A stretch of DNA of 63,452 nucleotides, the filler included, from Octopus bimaculoides (taxonomy: Eukaryota), in NCBI RefSeq assembly GCF_001194135.2. It is 4 parts of 4 records of this genome, joined end to end, with 100 filler letters (N's around TTAATTAATTAA, not from the genome) between each part and the next. Parts side by side here need not be neighbours in the genome. Positions count along the whole stretch, not along the records: positions 27,896 to 44,731 come from NC_069002.1; positions 44,832 to 52,385 come from NC_068990.1; positions 52,486 to 63,452 come from NC_068981.1; 1 more part is not named here. The stretch is one strand, 5' to 3'. A program made the translations under genes and the position numbers. Under the pieces are notes generated by a model, which saw only the letters and a list, made by a program, of their open reading frames with translations, searched no databases and was not told where the DNA came from. This document shows, one piece after another, positions 38,656-52,639 of this stretch. The stretch's first letter is position 1. Every line of letters begins with the position of its first letter.

Positions 38656-39579
38656 CGAAAACACCCGCTGGTCGATGTTGCGCAGACATGCACTGAGACT
38701 GCGACATCTCCGGCGCTTCATAGGCGACGGTGAACAGGTGTGGTCGCCGTTTGTGAGACGCGCTTTCCCGCAGCTCGTCTCTTTTGCCGAACTGCAGTTA
38801 TGGATCAAACAGAGANNNNNNNNNNNNNNNNNNNNNNNNNNNNNNNNNNNNNNNNNNNNNNNNNNNNNNNNNNNNNNNNNNNNNNNNNNNNNNNNNNNNN
38901 NNNNNNNNNNNNNNNNNNNNNNNNNNNNNNNNNNNNNNNNNNNNNNNNNNNNNNNNNNNNNNNNNNNNNNNNNNNNNNNNNNNNNNNNNNNNNNNNNNNN
39001 NNNNNNNNNNNNNNNNNNNNNNNNNNNNNNNNNNNNNNNNNNNNNNNNNNNNNNNNNNNNNNNNNNNNNNNNNNNNNNNNNNNNNNNNNNNNNNNNNNNN
39101 NNNNNNNNNNNNNNNNNNNNNNNNNNNNNNNNNNNNNNNNNNNNNNNNNNNNNNNNNNNNNNNNNNNNNNNNNNNNNNNNNNNNNNNNNNNNNNNNNNNN
39201 NNNNNNNNNNNNNNNNNNNNNNNNNNNNNNNNNNNNNNNNNNNNNNNNNNNNNNNNNNNNNNNNNNNNNNNNNNNNNNNNNNNNNNNNNNNNNNNNNNNN
39301 NNNNNNNNNNNNNNNNNNNNNNNNNNNNNAGAGAGGGAAGTTTGTCTCATGAAATCTTCAATAAAAGGTGGGTAAATGTAGCAAAGATGGTACGCGTGAT
39401 TGACGAAATTACTTTGAGCATGATCTTGTAAACCCCAAAGAGGTTTGGTGATCTTTTTCGTAGGCTTTTCTTTCCACGGAAAAACCTAATCTCTTTTACA
39501 TTTTTACTCCCCCTTATTTTGCTGTTTGCACGTCTCAAACGCATTCGATCCCTTTTGATCGTACTTTCTTTCTCTCTCC

Positions 39580-39637
<58 letters not shown>

Positions 39638-39713
39638 CTCTTTCTTTCTTTCTACGAAAAGTTCTACATTGTATTTTCTCCTCTGTGTTCGGCCTTCTGT
39701 GGCTAATAAAGAA
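38656..39713 (+). mobile_element. Tx1 3' fragment (internal gap) ending in AATAAA plus (ATCT)n
   Basis: RWSMLRRHALRLRHLRRFIGDGEQVWSPF; KRWVNVAKMVRVIDEITLSMIL*. The 3' UTR shares GATCCCTTTTGATCG and AAAG(T/C)TCTACA with the 52640 copy. Confidence 0.8.
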
Positions 39714-39752
<39 letters not shown>

Positions 39753-39840
39753 CTTCTGTCTTTGTTTCTTTATTTCTCCTTTTTCGTTATTGCTGTCTTT
39801 CTTTTATTCATTCCTTCTTAATTCATTTTCCCATCCTTTA

Positions 39841-39872
<32 letters not shown>

Positions 39873-39905
39873 TTTATTTCTTTCTTTCTTTCTTTCTTCT
39901 TTATT

Positions 39906-39941
<36 letters not shown>

Positions 39942-40427
39942 TGGTACCTTCTTTCTTTCTGTCCAAATTTCATTCTTTCTCTTTGTCTTCTTCTTCTTGT
40001 TCTCATCACTGTCTACCCCTCTCCCTCTCCGTCCACATTCTTTAGCCTCTTCTCACTCCATAACCGCCAATCCACATCGCCCTCAACGCGCTGCCACTCA
40101 AACTTCTATGACAACAACAACGACGACGGCGTCGATGACAACAACAGCAACAACAACCAGAACAAAAGCGAGGCTAGCATCTACAACAACAGTAACGACC
40201 ACGACAACGGGAATACACTAGAATGTGTAATCGTTGGGATATTTCTGCGGCTGGCTTTTACGCCCCGTTAAAGGTACTTGCGTGGGATTAGCGATAAGCG
40301 ATTGCCCACTAACAATATGTGTGTGTGTGTGTGTGTGTACGCGTGTGTGTGTGTACGCGTGTGTGTGTGTATGTGTGTGTATATGTATACATTCATGTAT
40401 GTATGTGTATATATATGCATGTATGTA

Positions 40428-40491
<64 letters not shown>

Positions 40492-40560
40492 TGTACATGC
40501 AGATGCAAAAAAGTAAATGTATGTATATATGCATGTATATATGTACGTGTATCTATCTAC

Positions 40561-40618
<58 letters not shown>

Positions 40619-40621
40619 CCC

Positions 40622-40655
<34 letters not shown>

Positions 40656-40969
40656 TATAGCATGCACGCACACAAAAACATTTTAAACACGATATAAATA
40701 TATGAATTCATTCAGGCGATTACATATATAGATACTCACACACACACACACACACACGCACGTACTTCTTTACGTATGTCTGATTCAGTTCCATATCAGA
40801 TTAGAAAACTTTAATCAGAGATAACGTTTAACTTGCAGAAAAGTTCTCTTGTTGTGGCTGGAAGGTACGGTCGCCGATCAATGTCTGCCGTGAGTTGTCT
40901 GCCGATCAATGTCTGCCGTGAGTTGCAAGCGAGTCTAGGTAGTTGCTAAAACCGCCCACGCAGTAGCAT

Positions 40970-41004
<35 letters not shown>

Positions 41005-41490
41005 ATTCTGTTGGTCTTTTAAAGGAACTGCCAAAATCTTTATTTTGCCAATCTCCAGCCTTAACGATGGCAATGAACAGGGTAGAAATGCATTGTCACC
41101 CCCCTTCGTAGTCACGTAGTTCTGGGTTCGAACTTGCCTGTAGGTGATCACTCGATTTTGCTAGAAACAGTTGCCAAATCTCCATCAAATCATAGTCTTA
41201 AAATCGGACACATTAAACAATGTGTCCTTGGACACAGAAAACATATGGGCTGGCCATAGTTGGAATACTTTGGATGATAGCATTGCTCGATCAATGCTGA
41301 CTTAGGAACTTGAAGTTAAGCAGCAAAAGAGAATACAATCTCGATCAACTGTCTTAGACTCGATCAACTGCCATAGCTTCGAATCGGCCAGAGCGTTTCG
41401 AGGGAAATTTGATACGTGGAAACTGTGTGGAAGCCTGTTCTTGCGGCAATAAACTCCATCCGTCACCTCGGTTTAATATCAATATTTAGA

Positions 41491-41710
41491 AGGTGGCCAG
41501 CTTGCAGAATCGTTAGCACACCGGGCAAAATGTTTACAGGATTTTCGTCCGTCTTCACGTTCTGCCTTCAAATTCCGCCTAGGTCGACTTTGCCGTTCAT
41601 CTTTTCGAGGTCGATAAACTAATTACTAGTTGAGGACTGGGGTTGATATAATCGACTAACACCCACTTTCCCCCGAAACCGCTGGCCTTGTGCCAAAATT
41701 TGAAGCCAAT
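41491..41710 (+). mobile_element. SINE family B
   Basis: GGTGGCCAGCTTGCAGAATCGTTAGCAC...TTCAAATTCCGCCTAGGTCGACTTTGCC. Confidence 0.85.
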
Positions 41711-43466
41711 ATCACCTTCAACGGACTTCTCCCGGTTGCAGGTATTCAATTTGAGTCACTGATTTTACTCTTTAACTGCGAAATTAAACTGCTTTATTCT
41801 TCTAGTAAGGATTTTGAATATCTACTAAAAAATAAAATGGTATTTTCTACAAGTCCCGCTGCCTCAGTAAATCTGGCATATCTGAGCAGAAAATAGTTTC
41901 AAACATGACATTACTTAAAAGATAGAATGGTATACAAAATTACTGTCTACACTCAAGGGTAATGAAATTTTGAGTGGATAGATCTGCTTTCAACTACTCT
42001 CAAAGACTTTGCGTAAGGGCCATAGGGGAGGCACTTCCCCCTCTGATTGAACAAAAATAAAACAAAAAGAAGAAAATAATAAAGTAAAGCAATCATCTTC
42101 TTTCTCCAATGAAACCTATGTCCTTACGTCTCAGCGTCTGCTAATTATCTCACGCAACGTTCAAAGAACATAATAGATCAGTTGTTCAAAGTTTCCTTAA
42201 TTAGAAGTATCGATTAGCAGATAATGAAGGATTAGTGACAGTGGCAGTCAGCTGCAGGAGACATGCAGTGAGAGAGGTAGATCGATGTACCATGATTTCC
42301 ACAAGAACTGTGGAGAAAGAATTAAAGTGACAGGTTTCAAATTTAAATTGAAATCGTGACAGATTCTGTTTTATAAGTGTTGTAAGCCAGTTTCATCTCT
42401 AGGTTTAGTTTATGGCTAGTAACCCAAATACATTACCGACGTCACCTACGACCCCGGGGCCAACGCTGGTACTTAGGCCACATTCCTAGCACCCCCCCCC
42501 CGACTTTGGGATCAATTCTAGTCAATTGCAGGGTTTACTTCAGCTGGTCCTTGTATCGACGGAGGGGACAGCCACGGAGTATTCTTTCCGTTGCGTTGCT
42601 GCCTTTATTAAATTAATGGAGCAAAATGTTCCGAATATAGCCCTCTGTCACTTCCATTGTAGCTTTGAAAAAATAACTGTTAAAATCAAACTGCACTCTT
42701 CAAAACTTGCACTAAGAATAAGTACAAGGTGAAATTACTATCTGCTTTTATAGCAAGTTGATGCAAGTAGTTTATCCTGTCCCTTCCCCACCGAATTTTA
42801 TTTCATAAAATTCAAAAACCGCATTATATATGGGATGACCCAATATATTCATAATATTTATATATATATAAGTATATACGAACAGACAAACACATATACA
42901 GACATATATTGTCAGTATTACGTTCTGGTTTATTGTATCGCTATATTTGGAATCGATTTTCTTGATACGCTAGCAAAATCGCCAGCAGGGCCCCTTCGTT
43001 TTGATAAGCGATTTCAAAGGTGTGAAAACAACATATGTCTGTTTTCTTGACTGTTTCGACGTTTCTGCTATAAACCATGAAAAAAGTTTCTAAAGTACCA
43101 GCCTACATACGAATATAAATATGACATATACATGAACATATGTATATGTGCATGTGTTTGTCGCTACGTGTGTGTCCGCGCGCAAGCGCGTGTATTTGTT
43201 TACTTATGCAAATATGAATACGTATCTGTAGATAGATATATATATCCCCACATTTTCACACCTTCACACCTACATACACACATGCATACGTTAAGATCAT
43301 CAGCATTCTCTCGCACACACACGCACCTTCATTTTGGGATCACTACTTCTTTGTTACCTCCCCTTCTTCTTAATTCTCCTGTGTGATCCTTGTGTCCGTC
43401 ATTCGCCATGATAGATCGCTGACCACTACACATAGTTTTCTTCTCTCCTTATTTTTTTCTGTGTTC

Positions 43467-43502
43467 CTTTCTGTTGAAGAGCGTAGGCTCGAAACGTTAA
43501 AG
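43467..43502 (+). ncRNA. Minimal hammerhead-like motif with atypical core CTGTTGA (A6U)
   Basis: CTTT-CTGTTGA-A GAGC GTAG GCTC-GAAA-CG-TT-AAAG. Stems I and II are intact, stem III is the palindrome AACGTT, and the triplet is GTT. Confidence 0.55.
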
Positions 43503-44020
43503 ACTTTTTCAATTCCTGAGCGTTATACTAATACATCTGTTTGTTGTCTACACCACCTGTCTTTGTTTGTTGCTTTTTCGTGAATTCTCCCAAATATATA
43601 TATATATATATATATATANNNNNNNNNNNNNNNNNNNNNNNNNNNNNNNNNNNNNNNNNNNNNNNNNNNNNNNNNNNNNNNNNNNNNNNNNNNNNNNNNN
43701 NNNNNNNNNNNNNNNNNNNNNNNNNNNNNNNNNNNNNNNNNNNNNNNNNNNNNNNNNNNNNNNNNNNNNNNNNNNNNNNNNNNNNNNNNNNNNNNNNNNN
43801 NNNNNNNNNNNNNNNNNNNNNNNNNNNNNNNNNNNNNNNNNNNNNNNNNNNNNNNNNNNNNNNNNNNNNNNNNNNNNNNNNNNNNNNNNNNNNNTATATA
43901 TATTGGAAGGTTTGGAGGTGATGTACAGGAATTATATTATAGAAAAAAAATTAAGGCACTCAGAAATCTGGATGGTTGTACATTTACAGATTTTTATTAA
44001 TGTCACATTTTTAATAAATT

Positions 44021-44063
44021 AAATAAAGCGCTTTTCACCTAATCGTGTAGGATTTTCAAATTA
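44021..44063 (-). ncRNA. Minimal type I hammerhead motif with U3-A8 core variant, second copy
   Basis: Minus strand TAAT-TTGAAAA-T CCTA CACGAT TAGG T-GAAA-AGCGCT-TT-ATTT. Confidence 0.65.
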
Positions 44064-44429
44064 TATATATATATATACACACACACATGTATAAACACAC
44101 ATATATGTACATACATGACCATAAATATACGCGTGTGTCTGTGCGTGTTTGCGTTTGTGTTTTTTCTATGTACCTATGCATACATCCACCCGACGTATAT
44201 GCATTTGTTAAGGTGAGTGTGAGTAATGTCGATATACGTGTATAGACATGTTAGGAGTGTGTAAATGTCAATCCTCCTCTTCCTCTTCTTCTTCATCTTC
44301 TTCTCATTAGTATTATTGTTGTTGTTGTTATAATTATTATTATTATCATTATTATTATTATCATTATTTTGTTGTTATTATTATTATCATCATCATCATT
44401 ATTATTATTATTACTATTATTATTTTATG

Positions 44430-44731
44430 TTTGACTTTTGTTTTGCATTTGTACAAGTTGGATCCAAGTCTCACCCAGAGACCTCAAGAGACAACAAGTT
44501 AGAAGTTCATGTAGGTGTTATGCCTAGGGTACCATATATTTGGATTTGTACAGTTTTGTTCAAGTGAATGTTTAAGAAACCATAAGAAAATTATGTGTTT
44601 GCTTTAAAATTTGAGATCACATAGACAGTATTTTACGTAGGATATGGGCAGTTCCCATGAGCACTATCTTTTGAACTTCAGCCATTTTGGGGTTTCCTGG
44701 TATCTGAGCTAGGTAGTAATCAGCCCGTTTC
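44430..44731 (-). mobile_element. R4/Dong 3' end next to an (ATT/TAA)-type tract
   Basis: Minus-strand YLAQIPGNPKMAEVQKIVLMGTAHILRKILSM*, then a UTR, then a decayed (TAA/TGA)n tract at 44330-44430. Confidence 0.75.
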
Positions 44732-44831
44732 NNNNNNNNNNNNNNNNNNNNNNNNNNNNNNNNNNNNNNNNNNNNTTAATTAATTAANNNNNNNNNNNNN
44801 NNNNNNNNNNNNNNNNNNNNNNNNNNNNNNN

Positions 44832-44869
<38 letters not shown>

Positions 44870-45303
44870 TCATGTTTATATATATATATATATATATGTG
44901 CGTGTGTGTGTGTTTGTGTATGTATATGTATATGCATATATATACATTCATATATATATGAGATGTGGGCGTGTATATATATATTCCGTTATATACACAT
45001 GTACGCACTGAGAAGAGCACGCGCAATTTATGACACACTTACACGTCTATTCACATTATAGTGTATATACATAGACATATAAACCTATTTGCGTATAGAT
45101 GTATATAAAATGGTAGTGAGAGAGAGAGACTTTATGACCCGATAGACAGTATCAGAAATAAAGACATGTCTCGATTGCTAGAAAGAGACAAAAGCAAAAA
45201 AACGCGTTTGCGGCAAGTTCCATACAGATGGCAGACGACAGGTAAACAGACAGACAGACTAGCAGACGTTAAATAGACAGACAGATACGTTGGGAGCGAC
45301 AGA

Positions 45304-45371
<68 letters not shown>

Positions 45372-45673
45372 GAGAGAGAGAGAGAGAAAACGAGAGAGAA
45401 AGAAAAAGAGAGAAAAAGGGAGAGAGAAAGGGAGATAGACAGATAGAAACATACAAAGACTGAATGATAGCTTTTTCAGCTGGACGATTGAGTAAATAGA
45501 GGAGTAGAGATAGATAAAAAGAAGTGAGAGTTGTTTAGATAGCTAGACAGATAAATGTATGATTATGCAAATCTAATATGATAAATATCAGTGCATGACA
45601 GGAAAATGTTGGCCCATATGACAGATGCATCATATGACAGATGTATTCATATGTGTGTGTGTGTTTGCGTGTG

Positions 45674-45706
<33 letters not shown>

Positions 45707-45731
45707 ATAAGTATATATGTATATATACACA

Positions 45732-45774
<43 letters not shown>

Positions 45775-46175
45775 GCAATATGTATATTTAATAGATATGT
45801 ATAGATATATATACACTCAGATCCACATGTGTGTGTTCATACAAATGTGTGCATGTCTGTTTCTGTGTATATATTTATACACACATACACATGCATACAT
45901 ATACATATATTATATATACATATATATACATTCACTATATAATTTTTATATAATATATATATATATATATATACANNNNNNNNNNNNNNNNNNNNNNNNN
46001 NNNNNNNNNNNNNNNNNNNNNNNNNNNNNNNNNNNNNNNNNNNNNNNNNNNNNNNNNNNNNNNNNNNNNNNNNNNNNNNNNNNNNNNNNNNNNNNNNNNN
46101 NNNNNNNNNNNNNNNNNNNNNNNNNNNNNNNNNNNNNNNNNNNNNNNNNNNNNNNNNNNNNNNNNNNNNNNNNNN

Positions 46176-46208
<33 letters not shown>

Positions 46209-47349
46209 TATACACCTACATATATATACATATACGCAGAGTCAATTACATATTTATTTGACAGTGTTTGACCTCGTAAGGTCACCGTAAGTTTAATGGC
46301 TGGAAAAATAATCTAATGTATAAATGTTTACATCAATTCAGATGGCCTGACTGATGAATACATTAATATAAAAGAAACGCTATCAACATATATAAAAACA
46401 TATATACGTACATACATGTATGAGTACGTAGGTTCGCACATACGTACGGACATACACACATATATATATATATATATACATACATGGACGTAAATGAATA
46501 TAAACACTCTCTGACGTAGAAATATACATACCATGACAAAGCGATGCATGTAATTATATACCAAAACTGAGACATAAAAAATTCATACAACACACGCAAA
46601 CACTCACATATATGGAAATGTGTAGCAAATTTTTTCACGAAAATAAGCGCATATACGCACAAGTGCTATGACACTTGCGCAGGCGTTCGTACACATGCGC
46701 AAACGTAATTACACACACACGCGCGCAAACACACACGTAACATATATGTGCAAGCATATATATATAAATATACATATAAACATATACATACACTCATAAA
46801 CATATATTCACATATATATGTGTACATTATATGTATGGATTTATAGAAATGCTCTCGCGCATGCGTATATATAGTGGTAATACAACGTATACATGCAGAT
46901 ACAACCATAGATATATATTCACGTAATCATAAAACTCAAACGTTTTGTAGTTTTCTATTGCCATCTACTTTACTTACAAAGATGTAAAATTGCTTGAGCT
47001 TCTTATAATTCTTTTCATTCCTAGTGGTTCAAATTCTCTGCTAGTACGAGCTTCTGAACTTAGTTTTCAATGTTTTAGACATACATACAGAAAGCGACGA
47101 GTGCAATCATTTTTACGTCACACACAACAGGAAGACCACATGGCACAAACATGTACTTTCACATTAGACATGCAGCGCATCCACTTTGTTTACATGCATA
47201 TACGTAAGCTAGTACGTATTCTGCGACTGTAATTCTATACATACAACATTTTCTCAGGTCACATAAAACGGATATGTATGTATATCCATACATCTGTATA
47301 TATACGTACAAACATACATATATACACGCATATATATACATACATATAC

Positions 47350-47395
<46 letters not shown>

Positions 47396-48095
47396 AGGCA
47401 GGCATATAGGTATCTATGTATAAGACTAGCCATTCGTTGCACGCAAGAGCGGATATGAATTGATAATGTGTATCATGCTTTCTTTGATTGTCATAATGCT
47501 TGTGTAGTGGCGAGCAGAAACACTCATCCACCCTCTCGGCACCATAACTCTTGACACACATCAGGATGTGGCAACCAGAGAGATGTTGCGTTGACTGCCA
47601 TTGCTTCGGGATGCTCCCTTTTAAAGATCATTGGCTTGAATAACGTATCTATTCAAAGAGTGGCGAGAGCACGTAAGTAGCGCCTAGCTCAAAGAAACAG
47701 CGTGACACTCGATCCAAGAAGTGAACCAGTAATTTGATAATCATGAGACAAACACTCTAACCTCAGGCCATTGGTTTTGTCTGTATATACATACATCTAT
47801 CAATGCACACCGACGGACATATAGCTAGAAAGAAAGGAAGATATAAATATACGTAAATATGCTCTCACATTTCAACATAAACAATATTTTATTTGTCTTA
47901 GCCACTGGATAGCGGTTATGCTAGAGCACCACTTTGAAGAGGTCAGTGGAAAAAAATCGACCTAGGGATATACTTTTAAGTATGGTACTCGTTTTGTCGG
48001 TTTCTTTTTCCGAATCGCTCAGTGACACAAATTGTCAAGCAATAGTGGAGGGACAAACACATGCAGAAAGATAAATATACATATGCACACAACCA

Positions 48096-48137
<42 letters not shown>

Positions 48138-48203
48138 NNNNNNNNNNAGCACGATCACACACACACAAACACACACACACACACACAAGCCTATATATAT
48201 ATA

Positions 48204-48490
48204 TTATTTTATTTAAAAGAGTTCCATCACTGTTTTTTTTGTATTATTTATATTCTTGTAAAATTAATGTGGGATATAGAATATGGAATATATAATATAA
48301 CATATAATATAAAAATGGATGGTACAACGAAATGAAGTATTGAATGTCAATAAGACATTCAATACTTCATTTCATTGTACCATCCATTTTTATTTTATAT
48401 ATTCCATATTCTATATCCCACATTAATTTTACAAGAATATAAATAAAACATAAAAAACAGACAGTGTTGGAACTCTTTTAAATAAAATAA
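48204..48490. repeat. Long near-perfect inverted repeat (~140-bp arms, 5-nt loop AATAA)
   Basis: Centre ...GAAGTATTGAATGTC-AATAA-GACATTC AATACTTC.... The arms continue through ATGGATGGTACAA/TTGTACCATCCAT, TTCTTGTAAAATTAATGTGGGATATAGAATATGGAATAT and TTATTTAAAAGAGTTCCA, with a small indel. Confidence 0.95.
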
Positions 48491-48543
48491 AATATTCCTC
48501 TATACACGATCATACAAAACCCCTTTTTTTGTGTTTATTTTTA

Positions 48544-48620
<77 letters not shown>

Positions 48621-48899
48621 GAGTAACTTCCACAGAATTTCTGTCTACCAAATTTAGATTCCAGAAGACACTGCTTGACACGATACGGTACAGTGGAACT
48701 GAACTTGAAACCACATGGTTGTAAAACGACCTTCTTAACCATCCACCAATATATGCATCTACGAGATTGGGTTGAAATGTTCATAGGCTGTTTAGGAAGG
48801 GGTGATTCTAGAGCCGTGAAATCTTGCATGCATTAATTTCTTGTCTTATACTGTTGTCTTCGTTTCGAATGGTTCCGTGTTTTCATCCAACATATCCCC

Positions 48900-49600
48900 A
48901 GTTAATGAGCAATATTCTGTTTTTTGTATTTTATTCCATTTGGCTCTCAATGTCTATCTCTCTTTTCTCTGCCTTTATCTTATTCCATTCCTCAAGCTCA
49001 TTCATGTGTATATACTCTTCATTTCTTTCACAATATTAAAAACAAGCATCTTCATACCAACACACAACAGTCCTGGCACTACCATCATCTCAGCTCTCGA
49101 CATCTTTGGCATTAATATTACCGTCCAATTCTTCTTGAACCCTAAAATCGTTTCTAATACCATCGCCACCATTATGGTCACACTGCCCACCTCTGCCGCT
49201 GCCCCAACCACTAAGAAATATCTCCTCCCATAGCATTCATCTCTGTTCCTGCCATAAGTTCAATGACGATCCACTGAGCGATAGATGAACTGCCAGATAT
49301 CCTTTAAATAGTTATTCACCATGTTTAACAATTGAAGTATACATGGGAGAACATAGATGTAGATACATGTTTTGAACATCAATGTTCAGGGTTCTAGCAC
49401 GAACCCACCATCTGTCTGTCTGCAATGGCATTTTAGACATCATAGCATCATAATTATCATTTGTATTTGAAGTAAGGAACAAAGCGAAACTCCTAATCTC
49501 ATAATATATACCAAGTTTGAAGTGACGCCTAACCTCAAAGCACTTACCAAAATCATCATGAAGTCGCATGTAATCCAGTACCATATGTAGGATTAACTCT
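48900..49600 (+). mobile_element. Highly decayed LINE ORF1 knuckle / APE start remnant
   Basis: RF*YHRHHYGHTAHLCRCP resembles a CCHC knuckle, and a downstream VLNINVQG resembles the APE N-terminal motif. Confidence 0.4.
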
Positions 49601-52485
49601 ATACTGTAAACAGTGAATTGACCGTGTATTTATAGAGTTCTTCCTAAACTTTTGAGGTTATTTAGTGCATTTTGATGTATTGGTCTCTGGTATGAATAAT
49701 GTTTTGGTAATATGGGTGAAACGCTTGAGACATGAGGAAAACGTTATTCATTGAAATCCATTGCAGTAAATGAATGATACTTTATTAAATCGACCCCGAT
49801 GAATTGAAAAGCAAAATCGACCTCAGTAGAATATGGAGTTAAAACCGTAATGATCCGCAATAATTATTGTGATGCATTTTGTCTGACGTTTTATCAACTC
49901 CGCTAATCAACCTCGCTGGTCGATGATTTAACTAATAACAGATATAATCTGAGAATCGAAGGAATTTGTGTAATGCCCGTAGGTTTTTGTCTACTTTAGT
50001 CTAAGCAGCTACAAGTATTGCCTTGTCTCATCGGAATAAAACGTATACAGTAACTGTCCCACCCCACCACACTGATGATATTCAAGTAATTGTTTTTAGT
50101 TTTGAACCCGTGAAGGTTATTAGAGATGTATTAGGAAATGAGACTGATCTAAAAGAGAATCCGTTTTGGGAAAGAAAGAATCAAAGAATCATAGTAAAGG
50201 GCTTGAGGTGTGGAACGCATCAAAGATGATGTGATGGAAGAAAGTTGCGTCATGAAAAAATAATTGGTTATCGCGGTACATGGCTTGCTAATTAAGGGAT
50301 CAAAAATTCGCTGTCATCTGTTCTTTCAAAGGAAATAAATGACAGAAGGCAGAGCAAGGGACTAAATGATTTACATTTATCTTTCCGGTTACACAATGTT
50401 TCAAATACAGATCTGATTATACGGGATTTAGTGCATTTGTCTGACAGCAATCACATTTCTCTGTAAATTTAAAATACTGAGGTCAAAAGAAAATATGTAT
50501 ACTCATATATTCGGGGAGCTAGTTTCTTGAATGATTTTACATTGCGTATGTCTATATGTGGTTTGGTGGCTTTCTTCCCCTCTCTTTTCATATTTACATA
50601 TGATTATGTGTTTATACATATATGTATATATACATACTCGTTTATATATTCATATACATATACATGTATATGTACGCATTTTCTCAGCGTGAATGTTTGT
50701 TAGTTTGTATGTGTACGTGTGTGTATGTATGCAGTATATATATACGGACGTGTACACACAAACGCACACATGCACGCAAACGCAAATTATGCATACGCTG
50801 AAAACTACACGTACTGGAAAATTCGGCAGCGATAGAATTATATTAAATTTACAATGGATTACAAAATTCCGCACATAATAAATAAGACACCAAATATATT
50901 TACAAATAACAAAAAAGAAATCATTATCTAAAAATTTATCAGAAAAATTCCTAATAAGTCTCATCATATTTCTTTCTTTATTATTTTCTTTGATTATATT
51001 ATTAGCGTTTTTTATTTTTTAAATATATTTTTGTTATCTTTGTTTCATAATTCATCCAATTAAATTCTCGTCTAGGAATAAGGACGTCTTTTGTTTCTGC
51101 AATTAATCCCTGCTTCATTTTAATGGCTAAATCACAGCTATTCTTTATTGAAGTTTGCCTTTTAGGCGTAAAGTCGGCCATTTTGTTTTTCAGGCAATTC
51201 GCCATATCGCCTGCATTTTGTTTGTAATTTTTGTTTCTATATTCTACTTAAATTTTTATTGTATTCCTTCAGCATTTGTTTTCTTTTTTTCGTGATTATA
51301 TTCTATCTCGTTTTCTTTCTTTTATATCATACTTCTTATTTTATATTTTTCTCCTACATTATAATTATTTGTTTAGACTGTCTTCGGAATTTTTATTTTA
51401 TTTTATTGTAACTCTTTTTTTTTATTTCAGCCTCCTTTTATTTCATTCCTTTCTTTTATTTTATTAGCTTTTGAATATTTGTTCTTTATTTTTTACTTTT
51501 CTATATTTTTTAAATTTTATACTTTGTATTATTTTTTCAGAAAAAATTAATGTTCTTTTTCTTCCTCATTTACTATTCCTGTTGATGCAACTTGTTTATT
51601 TAGACATTCTCCAGGCGAGGGTTCTTCACTCATTTGTTAAATCGTTGCTGTCGTCACCGACATTATCGTCATCTTCATTATCTTTGTTGTCTTTGGTGTT
51701 TTATATTAGATTTTTAAAATATTTTTTGAACTGCTATTTATTGTTGCTCTTTATTACTTTGTTATAATTTTTATCACCGTTCCCGCCTTCACTGATTCTT
51801 ATTTTTATTGTTTGTTTTTTATAAAAATAAAATAGAATAAAATTCAAACTGACTGGCAGAGGAGAAATCTACTACATATACACATGCAGACATATAGCCA
51901 CACATACATAGAAAATATAGACGTATATACACACACTGACATGTACACATATTCACATGTTAGAGAAGAAAAGTGGAAACAAGATAAAGCGAAGAAGAAG
52001 AAATAAGGTAGAAGAAAGGACGGGTTGAATAAAGAAAGAAAACGACAAGAAAATAATTGAGTGGATTGAGGGAAGTAGGGAGATAATAGAGGATTAGAAG
52101 TAAAAAGAGGGAGAGAGAGATGTAAAAGCGTTTGACGCTCTTCACCGATAAATTGATTTATTACAACCTCAACTCATCAACTCATCCACCCAGCCTCATC
52201 ACCTCCCCCCCCCACATCAATCGCTTTCTCAACCAACCTGCCTCCTTGATACTCCATCCAACCGCACAAGAACACGAAGGAAGAGGATGTTGGACAAAAG
52301 AGATGGGGAGAAAGAAAGCAGAAGATGGCGGATGGGAAAACTTAATGTAATTTAATAAGCAGATGAAGTTTAAAAAATATGCATANNNNNNNNNNNNNNN
52401 NNNNNNNNNNNNNNNNNNNNNNNNNNNNNTTAATTAATTAANNNNNNNNNNNNNNNNNNNNNNNNNNNNNNNNNNNNNNNNNNNN

Positions 52486-52516
<31 letters not shown>

Positions 52517-52575
52517 CAGATTATGTTACGTTTAAATTGTCTAGACTTTGTGAAACAGCATAATAATAAACAAGG

Positions 52576-52626
<51 letters not shown>

Positions 52627-52639
52627 CATCTATCTATCT

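Noticed and set aside
40969-41151. Minus-strand ORF GDNAFLPCSLP resembling an Ig-domain start
   Set aside because: No usable donor, and the plus strand reads as a tRNA-like SINE head (GGGTTCGAAC B box) continuing into a repeat also seen, inverted, at ~28090-28150.
44168-44212. ATG-initiated 15-codon segment ending AAG|GTGAGT as the first exon of the DUF4476 gene
   Set aside because: Phase and length would fit, but MYLCIHPPDVYAFVK has no similarity to the expected helix and lies in low-complexity sequence. RNA-seq could revive it.
46348-46385. TGA-CTGATGA...GAAACGCTA-TCA hammerhead-like motif
   Set aside because: Stem II and stem III are not properly paired; at best a dead remnant.
49683-49731. 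GTCTC...GAAACGCTT-GAGAC hammerhead-like motif
   Set aside because: Core TGGTATGA is corrupted and there is no stem II.
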